A DNA stretch of 64,000 bases from Octopus bimaculoides (taxonomy: Eukaryota). The stretch spans positions 36,641,376 through 36,705,375 of the forward strand of contig NC_068995.1 of assembly GCF_001194135.2 (NCBI RefSeq), read 5' to 3'. Made by a program: the position numbers and the translations under genes. Below are positions 27,671 through 41,760 of this stretch, one piece after another (the stretch's first letter is position 1; each line of letters opens with the position of its first letter). The notes beneath the pieces were generated by a model. The model was not told the origin of the DNA. It searched no databases and saw only the letters and a list, made by a program, of their open reading frames with translations.

Positions 27671-28850
27671 GCTCAACTCAAGGAACCTTGTGACTACCAT
27701 CAACATATGGGCTGTTGCTGTAGTCTGCTATAGTGCACCCATCCTGAAATAGACATGAGCAGAGATTAACCAACTCAATTGCACTACCCAAAAGACAATG
27801 ACAATGCATGGTGCCCTCCACCCTATGGTGAATGTACACAGGCTCTACATGAAGAGGTGCAAAGGTGTACATGGACTAATTAGTGTACAGGAGTGCATCA
27901 ACAGTGAAAGAAGAAATATGGCAGAATATTTGGTAAACAGCAACAAGACTTGCTATAGTATGCTGCTAATGCAGGATTTACCAAAAATGGAGTTGAGAGT
28001 GCTAATGAAATCTGTGAAACTAAAAACTTAAAAGACTAGGAAGCATCATGGAGGTGACTCAGCAGGGGTGACTTAAAAAAAAGGTTGAAAGTCTAGTCAT
28101 TGCTGCCCAGGATCAGGCATTGAATACCAACTCAGTGAAAAAGGGGTATGTACCAAACAAGTACAATGAACCCCTGCAGAATGTGTAGGAAGAGGATCAA
28201 AAGTATGACTCACATTGTTCGTGCTTGTGAAAGTCTTGCACAGAATGAGTACAAGTACAGACATGACAAGGTAGCCCAAAACCTTCACTGGCTACTATAC
28301 TAGAAATATGGATATGAGGAAATGGGTGCTTGGTACCAACATACACCAGAAAAGGTAATGGACGAAAAGGGGAAAGCAAAAATCCTCTGGGACTTTGACC
28401 TCCAGACTGACGAGGTTTAGAGCACCAAAGACCAGATATAGTAACCTTTAGGAGGGACAAACAAGAGCTCCTAATAATTGACATGGAAGTGCCAGGAGAT
28501 TAACATATCATGAAAGAAAGAGAAAAGATTGATAAATATGGAGACCGGGGAATTTAGATCAGTAAGATGTGGCAGCTACAAGAGACAAACATAAAGGTTG
28601 TCTCTGTTGTCATCAGAACATTGCGTTCAATACCACTCAACCTGAAGAAACATCTCGAAACTTGAGAAGTACCCTACAATCTAGGTGTATTGCAAAAATT
28701 GGCATTACTTGGAACTACACGCATGTTGCATAAACTACTGTCTGTCTGAGGTTCTTGTTGTGACTTGACAGACAGTACAAAACCCCAGAAAACACAATAT
28801 CTTCAATCAACATCATGATATTGGATACTGTGTGACATCTTAAATAATTA
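27671..28850 (+). mobile_element. R4/Dong-clade non-LTR retrotransposon, 5'-truncated, decayed
   Basis: Post-RT motif INIWAVAVV..HGALHP.VHRLY, CCHC finger CRMC-x8-H-x4-C, REL endonuclease RPDIV...IIDMEVP...EKIDKY. Flanked by (TAA)n-like sequence. Confidence 0.85.
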
Positions 28851-28855
28851 TTATA

Positions 28856-29063
28856 ATGGTTTCAAATTTTGGAACAAGGCTAGCAATTTCAGGATAGGGG
28901 ATTAAGCTGATCACATTGACCCCAGTGATCAACTGGTACTTATTTTATCGACCCCAAAAAGATAAAAAGCAAAGTTGACAGCAGCAGAATTTGAACTCAG
29001 AATATACAGCCAGTAAAAATACTGCTAAGCATTTTCTCTGGCATGCTGATTCTGCCAGCTCAC
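28856..29063 (-). mobile_element. SINE family B
   Basis: Reverse-complement homology; followed by (TAA)n at 29070-29108. Confidence 0.8.
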
Positions 29064-29070
29064 CATGATG

Positions 29071-29109
<39 letters not shown>

Positions 29110-29289
29110 TTCTATAAAGATTGACATAACTCTTCACAAAGGTAAATAGATAATAAGTTTGAATGATATTTTGACAGCTCGTCTGTCTTTTGCAAGTTGA
29201 TTTGAAAAAGATAGACGAGCTGTTGAAATATCGTTCAAACCTTTAAATAAATATATGACAATTGCATTGCACTCTTATTGTCTAATAAT

Positions 29290-29500
29290 AATAAGAATCC
29301 TTTCTTCTATAAGCACAAGCCTTGAAATTTTGGTGGGGATGAGGCTAATCAGTTACATTGACCCTAGTGCTTGACTGGTACTTATTTCATTGATCCTGAA
29401 AGAAGAAAGGCAAAATCAATTTCAGTGGCATTTGAACTCAGACCGTAAAACCAGAAGAAATGCCACTAAGCATTTTGTCTGGCATGCTAATGATTTTGCC
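29290..29500 (-). mobile_element. SINE family B
   Basis: Reverse-complement homology. Confidence 0.75.
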
Positions 29501-30367
29501 CCATCCAGCAACTACATAATTGGGGTGCTTTTTGTCTTTTTTTTTTAATATTTTTAGTTTTTCCATAATGAAGAGTATTTTTATTAGAAAGGTTATAACT
29601 TGAAAGTTATGATATTGAACCTTCTTTGAAATCTTGTGGTTTAATACTTTCATTTGATATTTCAATTATCATTAGATACATTCTAATGATGTTTAAGGTT
29701 GGTGATTTTCACTCAAAATTCTTGTGAAAACCAACATTTGATCCATAGATGTCAAATAATACCATCCTATGTTGCAAACAATCAAGTCAGATGATTAGGA
29801 ACTAGATTCCAATGATGCTTGGTCTTCTGCAATTAGTTTAATGAGGAAAAATAAACAATTTCTGTTTTTAAACCTACAGTTGACCTTTCCATATTCTCAC
29901 AGCCTGTTGCAGAAAACCAATGGAAACAGTTTCCTTGGACAAGTTATTAAAGGCAAAACTCAAAGTGCAGGAACTGGAATCAAACTATAATAATATTCAA
30001 GGAAATTATTGCATATTTTGCTAGCTCTTTCTATCCACACTCTCCAATGAACAGATCACAACTCTCAAGAAACTTACTGAAGAAGCATCAACAGCCCCAG
30101 ATAGAAGACATTGTATTTCCTTCTCACTTGGTCTCAGAAACCTAATATAAAGGGAAAAAACTTTATCCTCTTATTGGTCAACATTCCATCGATTGAAACT
30201 TTTCTTAATCCTTCCAACCAATTTTTTTCCAAATATTCAAACCACATTTACACACACACACATAGTCAACTTTCTCTTTATAGAGCTTACATAAGACATG
30301 AAAAAAAAAAATCTTCAATATAGTTTGGATGATAGGCATCCTTACCAGTGTAGCAGAGAAAGTCTAA

Positions 30368-30588
30368 CCCTTTGGCATTTAAACTGACCATATCTGGCCA
30401 AAATAGTCTACTTATTTTATATTCAAAGCAGCTAGATCAGACCTCTTACACCTACACAACAATGTCATTCTAAAGATAAACGATCACATCACTGAAATCT
30501 TGAAGCTACAAGGTATTGCATGATTAATTCAAAGCAATGTGAATAAATAAGCACTGCATTTGACAGGGTAATCTGAATGTTAAATGGA
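30368..30588 (-). mobile_element. piggyBac-type MITE, family 1 (reverse)
   Basis: Reverse-complement homology to 4721-4937. Confidence 0.7.
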
Positions 30589-30887
30589 TAAGACATACTA
30601 AAGGATTCAATTTGTTACTTCAAAACTCTTCAGCCATTCAAATTTATAAGTTGCTTAGGTCTTTCTCAATACATCATAGTCTTATGACCACATGGAACAT
30701 GGACATTAAACGATGATGATCATAGATTAACAGCAAATGTGTTTCATAACTGACTCAAATAAACATGACAATTTTCTGTTTTAATGCTCATACATGTCTC
30801 TACTAGTTAGTTATTATATAATAATCACATAGAGCTACAGCTTCAGATTTAAATGGGGTGGGGATGAACTGTAATAATAATAATAAT

Positions 30888-31100
30888 AATCCTTTCTACT
30901 ATAGGCACAAGGTCTGAAATTTGGGGAGAAGGGACTAGTGAATTACATTGATCCCAGTGTTTCACTGATACTTATTTTATCCCAAGAGGATGAAAGGCAA
31001 AGTCAACCTCGGCAAAATTTGAACTCAGAATGTAACACTGGACGAAATACCACTAAGCATTTTGCCTGGTGTGCCAATGGTTCAGCCAGCTTGCTGCCTT
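30888..31100 (-). mobile_element. SINE family B
   Basis: Reverse-complement homology; (TAA)n on both sides. Confidence 0.8.
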
Positions 31101-31119
31101 AATAATGATAATAATAATA

Positions 31120-31562
31120 CAGCAGGATTTACCAAAAATGAACTTGAGAGTGCTCATGAATTCCTATCATGAATAGCCAATGAGAAAGAAGAAATCCTAC
31201 TCTGCATGGAATTACAGGATCAGTTCCACCGTGCAACTAACAACTTAAAAGGCCAGGAAGGATCATGGAGGTGGCTCAGCAAGGGTGACCTAAAGAAAGA
31301 AGACTGAAAGCCTAATCATCACTACCCGCATTGAATACCTACTCAGTGAAGAAGGGATATATACCACACAAGTGCAACGAACCTCTGCAGAATGTGTAAG
31401 AAGAGGATCAAAAGTGTGACTCACATTGTTAGTACTTGTGAAAGTCTTGTGCAGAATGAGTACAAAAGCAGACACAACAAGGTAGCCCAAAACCTTCACT
31501 GGCTACTATGCTGGAAGTATGGATATGAGGTAACAGGTGCTTGGTACCAACATATAAAAGTT
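31120..31562 (+). mobile_element. Second R4/Dong fragment, truncated by a TTAA MITE
   Basis: Homologous to 27965-28345 (CRMCKKRIKSVTHIVSTC, HNKVAQNLHWLLC). Confidence 0.8.
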
Positions 31563-31566
31563 TTAA

Positions 31567-31771
31567 CCCTTGTGATACCAACCTGCCTAGCTCTGTGGTA
31601 CAAACATCTTGTTTTCAAGAGTCCTGAATTAAAATCTTCCATCAGAACTTAGTGTTAATTTATGATCCAAACACCAATTGATAATGCCAAAGTTATTTTC
31701 CTAAATTCTTCATTATTTTTAAAATTAAAGTAAAGACAGAGTATGTCAATAGAAATATGCTAACAAAAGGG
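31567..31771 (+). mobile_element. piggyBac-type TTAA MITE, family 2
   Basis: TTAA|cccttgtgatacca...gctaacaaaaggg|TTAA. Confidence 0.75.
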
Positions 31772-31877
31772 TTAATAAGAAATAAGACCAGAAACTCTAC
31801 TGTTATCTGGGAACTGGCTACACTCAATAAGCAGAAAAGATGGATATAGGAAATTCTATATGGTTTACCAAGATTAA

Positions 31878-32098
31878 CCCTTTCGTTACCAACCTGGCTG
31901 AAACCGCCCCTGTCTGTGTAGTACAAATGTTTTGTTTTCGTACGTTTTGAATTAAAATCTTCCACCAAACCTTAGTCACAATTTATGTTCCTAACACTAG
32001 CTTAATGATAACCAAGTTATTTTACTAAATTCTTTGTTATATTTAAAGTATTTGAAAGAAACACAGAACATCTCAACAGAAATATGGTAACAAAAGGG
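31878..32098 (+). mobile_element. piggyBac-type TTAA MITE, family 2
   Basis: TTAA|ccctttcgttacca...tggtaacaaaaggg|TTAA; homologous to 31567-31771. Confidence 0.8.
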
Positions 32099-35000
32099 TT
32101 AATGTAAATTATGAATGCACAAAATATGTAGTGAAATAACAGGCTAACTGAAAGCAAAGATATCCTTTGTAGCAGATACACACGAATAGTTAGCAATCAG
32201 AGTACCCATAATAAAATTCTTTCAAATGCATAGTAGAGAAAGAATGAGGTGGAATGAGTCAAGAACAGTGTTGATTGCAGAGTTTGAATGAGGCAGTATG
32301 TCTGTCAATAAGTGATAACTCAAATGATAACTCAATCCAAGAATCTGTAGAAGAAGAAGGCAAAAGAAGATATGGAAGGAAGTGATGGTGAAGGCAGAAC
32401 CTCACAAAAAAGATGACAAGGGATTCTAACAAGAGGAGAGTTGTTATGCTGGAGCAGAATACTCGCTCAACAAATGCAAGCAGGGAAAAGAACAGATGTA
32501 AAAATGAAACTGACAATAGCAACTGAGGATCAGAAAACTGAGAAATTAAAACCAGGTCACAAACTTGATTCATCATGAAATGAACACAGAATTTTCTTAT
32601 CATATCTACATATCATGACTTGCACTTTGATACCGAAGAGGGTTAGATAATAATATGCATCATACAAATCTTCACACCATCTCACACACACACACACACA
32701 CCCCTCTCACTCATCTTTTTCCTCAATACAGAGATTGATGTTAGTGTTAAGTAAACACATTCATTTACTCTAATTATCTTTTCTGATATATATATATATA
32801 TATATATATAACCATTATCATATTTCTTTACTGCAACACATGCAGCAGGTGCTGCCAATAAACAAGACTGTTCAAAACTAAGATAACGCCAGGTCATAAA
32901 GAAATGAAAGTCATCAACTTATAACAGTTTTAGTTGCTCTAAGAATAAGTTTACATGAAAGGTCACTTGGAAAAGTGATAAAGAATTAAGATTTATGAGT
33001 AAAGAATGGAAAGAAATTTTACCACTTGGTCATCTGGAAGCTTCTATTAGTCTTGATTTCTTGATATTTCCCTCTACAGTAACCAGAAAAATGTATGGCT
33101 TGGTGATTAGATTATTCGTCTCATGATCATAAGGTCATGAATTTGATTCTTGGCAGTGTATTGTGTCCTTGGGCAAGACACTTTATTTCATGTTGCTTCA
33201 GTCCACTCAGCAATCAAATATGAGTTGTACCTATATTTCAAAGGGCCAACCTCGTCACAGTATGTTATAATGAATCTCCGAGAACCACATTAAAGGGTAC
33301 CTGTGTCTGTGGAGTATTCAGCCGCTTGCATATTAATTTCATGAGCAGGCTGTTCCATTGATCAGATCAACTGGAACCCTCATCGTCATAAACAACAGAG
33401 TGCCAGTTATTTAACCAGAAAGTTACCAATTCTTCTTTCCTTGTTATAACAAAGTATTTTATAGTAACACATTTTGTGGTCATTTAGTATAATGCTATTG
33501 CGTTATGGTTTTAATTACTCCTAGTCAGTAGTACTTTTAGAGATCAGCATCTCCATTCTAGATTCTGTCTTCTCTCTCTCTTCAGATAAGGAACAAGACT
33601 GCATGCATACTATATACATGAATTAATTTTCATTTTAATCATTCAAGGGCATTTTACAAACAGTATATCACACATATACAGGCAGATGTATATGACAAAA
33701 ACTGCACATGCTAAAAATACATGCTATAAAATCAATATTTCATAAAAACAAAATGTGTTGGTATGAAATACAATTCTCTTTATTTTTTTTTTTTTTCTCC
33801 CTTGTCTCAGCAACCCTACAAACATTCAGTGGTGCTGCCCTTTCTTATCTGGCTATGGCTGAAAGAGATTTTCTTTCTATGATAATAGAAATTTGGTGAA
33901 AGGTTTCAGAATTTCCAATTTTCTTCAGAAACCTACATTTCAAATCGTTATCACTGTATAACTATATATAACAATATAAATGCCAATATAAAAAGAACAA
34001 ATCTAGTATATATATATATATATATATNNNNNNNNNNNNNNNNNNNNNNNNNNNNNNNNNNNNNNNNNNNNNNNNNNNNNNNNNNNNNNNNNNNNNNNNN
34101 NNNNNNNNNNNNNNNNAAGCTCATCCTTAAATTATGTGGTTTCTACCAAATGTCTACTCATAGATTTTTAAAAAAATCCTATCACAGTATTTCACAGAGA
34201 ATCATAAAAGCTAGGCTTTTTAAAAATAGAATTTGCTTTATATTAGGTGACTGGAATTTATTTTTAATAGTAAAAAAAAAATAGTAAAGTTGGAATTGTT
34301 TGTCTTTCCTTTTTTTTCCCACAGAATACTCTACCCATCACAATCAACATGCTTGACAATTGTACAGTTTTATAAATAGGTAATGTTAATTGAAGTATAA
34401 CAGCTGATTAGAGGAATAGAATAGTCTAAATAGTCATTGCAAAAATAAATCACATTTATAAATAATTCCACATCATTCTGTCTGTGAACGAAAATGTTAA
34501 TGACAGAAGTTGAAATAGTATAACATAATTACTTTGTACTAACAATAGTAATGTGGTTGCATAGTGGCTGGTGATGTGGTGTGATGGTGTGTGTGTTGCA
34601 GTGAAGTATGAGGTCGTGATGGAAATAGATATTAGAAACCTCTATTTTGTACTCATATGAGAGTGTATGTAAGTCAGCAAGCTTACAGCTGGGTCATTCA
34701 ATCAGCAAAAAACAATGCTACCCACCATTTTAACTAATAAACCACATCAACTAGTTTTTCACTAAAATAGAGAACAGAATGGATACATTTACAAATTACA
34801 TAAAAACAGATTCCGAATAAAATAAACCTATTCCAAATAAGGAAGGTTTAGTTTATCGAAAGATCAGAACAAGTTCTATCACATACTGAAGGAAATCTGC
34901 TACTGGTAACCATGTAATCCTGGGGTACCTACTTACTATGAAGTGGTCAGCAGCTATGCAGACCCTCTACTAGGCTTGCCTAGTGAGAATGGTGTCTGGA

Positions 35001-35324
35001 CAACAAGTAGGATTAAAACAAACAAATCAAAAGCAAATGAACTTGAGAGCCAAGGGTACTTACATCCCAAGGAGGAGATGTGCACCACAAAAATTACCAA
35101 ACTTAATCAAACCCTCGAATAGAAGTTATAGCAATATTTAATACTATACTGGACAGGGCCTAGGTTAATAACAGCCAAATTCCTCAGTGAAGTACAGCAA
35201 GATGGGGTCGATAGTAAGAAGGTCCAAGACTGGCACAAAAAATTTCAAGCACCTCAACGCCAGAGAGGTTGTAGGAACCTGAATGTTGAAAATGATAAAC
35301 TACTTACCACAAATAATGGTTTCA

Positions 35325-35530
35325 ACTTTTGTCACAAGGCCAGTACATTCGGGGAAGGGGATAAGTTATTTCCATCAATCCCTGTCCTCAACTGGTACTT
35401 ATTTTATTGAGCCCCAAATGGATGAAAGGTAAAGTGACCTTGTCAGAATTTGAACTCAGAATGTAAAGACAGATGAAATGCTACTGAACATTTTACACAG
35501 CATGCTAACAATTCTGCCAGCTCACTACCT
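35325..35530 (-). mobile_element. SINE family B
   Basis: Reverse-complement homology. Confidence 0.75.
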
Positions 35531-38500
35531 TACAATTATTACAAATTCAAATGCCACCAGATACTACTACAAAAAGTACAGTGACCCCTTGGGCAACAAC
35601 TACCTTACAGTCTAAATTAGTAAGTTAAAAAGATATCCTACATGAAAACATTCAGTACAACCAGGATGTATTGTTATTTTATCACTTGAGTGTTTATCCA
35701 TTGTTGGAAGTCAGTTCAGCAGAACTCATCCCTTCCTATGCAACACTTATAGAGGAGGTAGTGTAAGTTAACAGTTGTCAATTACATACTGCTACCACTG
35801 CTTACAGTGGTGAATTACTTCATCTCAGCTTGACACTCATCCAGCAGGCCTATGATCAAAGTCTTCCTGTCTTTTTCTTTCAGACACTGCATATCTAATA
35901 TTATATTATCAAATGTGCCCTATAATCTTTCAAGTGGAGCCACTGTGTACACACTCACTTAACTAGTTGAGAGGTGCAATCAGTTCATGTACCACAGCAG
36001 TGATTAATTGTTGATATTTTATTGTAGTTATTTTCTAGAATTTTGAACAGGCCAGAGAGGAGACAAAAGATATTGCCAGAAAAATGTCAGAAGCAACTGA
36101 GAAAGTAAGCCATTACATCTGGTTCAAGAGAGAAGACAAGTCATACAGCAAGAACAGGTAGTGACCTTGGCAGAATTTGAACTCAGAACATGACGGCAGA
36201 TGAAATACCGCTAAGCATTTCGCCCGGTGTGCTAACGTTTCTGCCAGCTTGACTTCTACCAGTTTCTGTCTACCAAATTCATTTACTATGCATTAGTAAG
36301 CACAAGGTAGAAGACACAGCTGAAGGTGCTGTGCAATGGGACTGAACCCAGAACCATATGGTGAAAGATTCAAAAACCTACATTAACTGCCATAAACAGG
36401 AAGAAGTAACTTTGAAATTACCATTTGAATGTCTGTACTTTAAATGAAATTGTAAGCAAGCTGTGAGAAAAATTTATTTTTAAATTACAAAAATAACTAA
36501 TTTCTGGAATTCTAAAAATATCACTTTACCATTTATGTATCCAGTACATAAGATGGCATCAAAAACAAGATATTAAAGCAAGAAGTGGGGAAACAGCAGC
36601 TCAAACAGTGGCCTGCAATTTATAACAGCTTTGTGTGCCATCAATATCATCTTCATTGATTTTACTGTCACTTTTTCATGCCGGTATGGGTTGAAATGGA
36701 TTTTTTTTTTTTTTTTTGTTGAGGATCTGTTTTGCAGCCAGATACCACCTTTTGTAATCCCCTCATATTATACACAACGATATGTATTTTTTAAAGTCTA
36801 CTACATATATATGTATGTATACACAATGATACACATTTCTTAAAGTTTTTCTGATGAGATCAGAATAATATCAAAACATGTCTAAAATTGCCTCCTATAC
36901 TTATTGGAAAAATGAGACATTGACTCTCACCTTTTTTCTTCACAACATATTTCTTTCAAAATAGCTTTTGAACACTCTATACATTAAACATAAAAGCAGA
37001 AGCTAATAGCTATACAAAATATAAGTAGTGTCATATTTCTTAGCTTTAGAAAAGCTAAAGGCTAAAAGCAATCAGCTCTTAAGATGGACAAACTGATGTA
37101 ACGCTAGGTTATCAGATTAAGTACAACAAACTTGAAAAGGTTTATAGATGAAATAACAGATAAAGATTGATTGAGTGATTATTGCTGTGGTGTATGCAAT
37201 CCATGCCAGCATGGATGACACAAAAAGAAAACGGAAAAGTAATGATGGTTGTAATGACAACGATGACAATGATGTTGTTAGGTAAATTATATGACAAGGG
37301 TTGTTGAGAGAAACATTTTCACTAAGACATTAGAAAGGTTAGAATTATTAGCCCAGACAAACTGTCCATCTCATGGGTTGTCTATCATGTTGGAAATAGG
37401 TATTACATGTAGAATGTTACTGGCAAAATACTACCATCTGGTCCAGAGAGATTTATCCATCACTCAGTCACAAAAAACCAGTTTAAAAACTCATCTTTAT
37501 GACACACTGTAGTATGTAGAACATTAAACTTTTCTGTTGATAGCCTTTATAATAAACCATATAAATCATAGATCAAAGTTTAAACGTTCACTTTTCTTAC
37601 AGATTAAAAACTTTTTTTTTTAAAATTTGCACAGCAAAGTGTACAGAGTATAAATCTTCAGCAAATAATATTAAGCTAAAAAGCCAACAGCACAATTTAT
37701 AGGCAATAAGTTATAGTGCTCCCAGCAATCTACCAAACAAAAAAAATTCCATTTTACTGTCAAAAGCAATAACTACCATTGCCAATAACATTAGAAATTT
37801 ATTCCAAAATAGACTTATACAACATTTCTTTTTCTTTTTTGCTTCAATTCAAGAACACCTCTTGAGAATAAATTAAAAAAATTTAATGACTATTTTTTCC
37901 CCCCATCTCATTCAAAGCTGTCAAACTGTAGATGAGAAATCTAAGTCGTGTAAAAACAGAAATTGAGGAAAAAGTTAAAAATTAACCAAAAGTGGATTCC
38001 TTAATTCCTGTGATACTATTCTGAAATGAAAATTCAAAAGCTGTCCCTGACTAATTTTTGCAAGAAGAATGTAAATATTTATAGAAAGTAATTCAATTTT
38101 TATAGGCTTTTGTTTGAAACTGGATTGTCAACTTCTATTTTCTTAAAAAATAAGTAATTATATTTATAGAACAGATTTGAGACTGAAAATTAACTTCCTT
38201 GTCTATTTCTTCTTATCTTGTCATCCTTTTCTTCATACCTTCTGCTTTTATTTTGTCCTTATAATTACTGTACAACCCCTTTTATCACTCAGTCTCTCCC
38301 TTTCTCACTATTTCAATGCTAACGTTGCCCTCCCCCCTTTGCCCTGCCATACTAACACTCAGAATTTATTCCTCTGCAGTTACAGGGGCCCACATTAAGC
38401 CCTCAGTCTTGCAGATTGCAAGGTAACCCCACTGGTACTGATGTAATAATTAAAAAAAAAAAACATCTAACATATAATGTAAAGTAGTTGGTGTTAGAAA

Positions 38501-38884
38501 GGACACTCAGCTGCAGAAACCATGTCACATCCTGTTGGACCATTCAACCCATGCAAATACAGAAAACAGTTGTTAAATAATTATGATGGTGCAAAACTGT
38601 TAAGTAGGTGAAGCATGAGTGAATAGTTAAGAAGTTTATTTTCCAGCTAAAAGGTCCCAGGTCTGATCCTACAGCATAGCATCTAAGGCAGTGATTCCTT
38701 ATGTGGGGCATATGTTCCACTATTGGAGCCTGGGAAAATTGTGTTGGAACATGGCATACAAATTTTTTTTTTTAATGGGACATGGAATTGTGAATATTTT
38801 TTCCTTAGTTAATATGTACCTTTTTTTGTACTCAGTACTTAAGAATTACCAGTATTTTCTTTTGTATTAAATAACTGTGTTAAA

Positions 38885-39090
38885 ATATTCGTTCCAAATT
38901 TTGGCACAGAAATTCTGTGGGAAGGGCTAAGTTGATTAGATCGACCTCAGTGCTCAACTGCTATTTATTTTATCAACCATGAAAGGATGAAAGGCACAGT
39001 CGACCCCAACAGCATTTGAACTTAGAATGTAATAACATGAAATACCACTAAGCATTTTGTCCAGCATGCTAACAATTCTGCGAGCTCACC
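38885..39090 (-). mobile_element. SINE family B
   Basis: Reverse-complement homology. Confidence 0.75.
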
Positions 39091-39509
39091 AACTTGTTGT
39101 CATAGCATATTAAAAAATAAGGTCTTTTTCTAACCACCAGCTAGGCATACATTTTTCTGAAAAGTTATAGCGAGGCCTGCCAAGGGGAAAATAAGTTGGA
39201 AAATATTTATCTAAAGTGAATGTCATTTCACTGTCTTAGGTTGACAGAAACTATAGAAGTCAGTCAGGTGGATTGAACCTGTAGTTCAGATTGTACAGCC
39301 TTGTCACACTGATTCTTCCTGATAATTACATTAAGAGTACATTTGTCTATGGAATGCAGCCACTTAGACATTCAGTTGGACAAGCAACTGAAATCTCATC
39401 ACCAAATGACAGAGATCCACCACCATTTGTGAAACCAAAAGAGAAAAAAAATAACTTTCACATTTATAAAAGTCTTTTGTATTCTTCATTTTGTTGAATT
39501 TCTTACATC

Positions 39510-39865
39510 TTTTATCTCTTACTTGTTTCAATCATTAGACTGTGGCCATGGTGGAGCACTGCTTTGAAGAATTTGAGTGAAACAAATCGACCCCAGAACT
39601 TTTTTTTTTTTTAAAGCCTAGTATTTTATTGGTCACTTTTGCCAAACTGCCAAGTTGCAGGGATGTAAGCATACTAACACTTGTTGTCAAACACAAACAC
39701 ACATATTATATATGATGGGCTTCTTTCAGTTTCCATCAACCAAATCCACTTAGTCAGCCCTAGGCTATAGTAGGAGACACTTACCCAAGGCACCATGCAG
39801 TGGGTTTGAACCTGGAACCAAGTGATTGAGAAGGAAACTTCTTACCACACAAGCACGCCATGCTT
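39510..39865 (-). mobile_element. SINE family A (reverse, near full length)
   Basis: Reverse-complement homology to 18127-18500. Confidence 0.75.
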
Positions 39866-41279
39866 AATTTTAAATTGTGACTATCACTTTTTTCGAAAAG
39901 CTTTACATTCGAATTGCGCACAAGATACCCNNNNNNNNNNCACACCATTTTAGTCAATTTTTTGACATACCTACCTAAGTATATACCCACAAGACTTTCA
40001 GAAGAATGGATATTTTTTTTAATGAAATTTTCTACAAATATCTTCCAGATGGTAATGATTACAATTCTATCGAATTTAATATTATTTAAAAAATATACAT
40101 ACTGACAAATCACAATTTTTCAAAGTTTCAAGTTTAATTTTGTAAATATATATGTAAGGTGTGTCAGTATGCACGAGTGCGCACCCAGCGATTTTTTCAT
40201 TTTCTTTTTTTTTTCAAATTCCTAAATAATCGTAATTTACACCATCTAAAAGATATTTGTAGAAAATTTCATTACAAAATATATTTTTTCTAAACGCTAT
40301 GAGAATATAAAGTCGGCGGAGCACAATTGTATTATAATGCCCCATTTTTAAAAATGTTTTACTGGTTTCATTTTGTAAATCATGTATCTATTACATTGTA
40401 GAAGTATTAGCGTGTGGGCTGCTGGCAAAAAAAGTTTTGAGAAACGCAGTCCTGAAGATTAGGAATAAAAATCTTAACGACACTAGACTGGAAATGACTG
40501 CGGTGACGGTGGGTAAATGAATGATTTCTTAAATAAGCATAAGGTCTCACATTTGGTGTAAAGGTGGCTAAATTTCGATATGAGTACCGTAGTTGTCAAA
40601 TACCTAAGATCACCGTAAAGTTTAACAGATTATATTATCGACCACATTACTTGGCTGGTGGTATTTTATTTGATCGATCCCAGAAGAAAGTCGGTATGTC
40701 GGCAGGATCTGAACTCGAAGAGTATTGACAAAATAATGAAGTAAAAGAAAAGGTGAGGTGTCATATAAAGCACACAATCCGAAACTTTTAAAGGATTAAA
40801 AGAAGCCTTTACAATAAATAATCAAATAATTGATAATTCTTTCTATTTTAGACACAAGGCCTGAAATGTTAAGGGGGGAGGTAGTCAATTACAATGTATA
40901 AACCTAACAATGAAAACACATATACTCAATAAAAGTATTAATTTTATCGACTCCAGAAAAGATAAAAAAAAGCAAAGTTGCCCTCAGCAGAATATAACAA
41001 CAACAACAACAAGTGCAAATTTAGCTTCTCTTACTGTTTGTAACTAACATATTTATTAAAGAAAATAGTTAACAATGCTTCGTACAAAAACATCCAGATT
41101 TTATTAATTACCACTAAACTAATAACAGAAATTGAACAAGATACCCCATAGTTAAACACAACTGAAATATGTAGAGAGAGAGAGAGAGAGATTTTATACA
41201 CTTATATACAATTCTCACTCGCACAAACGAAAGCCCATGTACACATACACAACACCCTCAAACTCATGTATATATTCAC

Positions 41280-41640
41280 CTAGATTTATATACAAGTGCA
41301 TTCACATACATGTAGTATGCAGGCGCACGCATACACCTACATGTATACAAACAAGCATACACGCACGCGTGTGTATGTATGTGCATATATATATATATAT
41401 ACACACACATAATCAGACATATATACACATAATCGCACACACATATATATATATACACACACGCATATATATACATATATACACACACATACATACACAC
41501 ACATACATATACATATATACACACACACACATATATATATATACACACACATACATACACGTAAGTATATGCACGCACATATACATTCATACATAATTAC
41601 ATATACACACGCACATTTTATATACACACAAAAATACTAT
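41280..41640. repeat. Mixed (CA)/(TA) low-complexity tract
   Basis: Direct reading; source of spurious H/T/Y/I and V/C/Y/M ORFs. Confidence 0.9.
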
Positions 41641-41760
41641 ATAAGCGTAAGAAAAAACTTTCCTCGATATCAAGCAAAAAAATGCAATAAAAATATTTGG
41701 GGGGGAAAAAAAAGTAAATAAAAAAAGCAAATAGAGATGTCTATGCTTGTTTCTACTAAC

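Noticed and set aside
32250-32645. Acidic, coding-like stretch ending in a piggyBac-like terminus
   Set aside because: Too decayed to assign; probably a DNA-transposon remnant and not listed as a gene.
41237-41627. ORFs of 96-119 aa rich in H/T/Y/I or V/C/Y/M
   Set aside because: They are translations of CA/TA low-complexity repeats.
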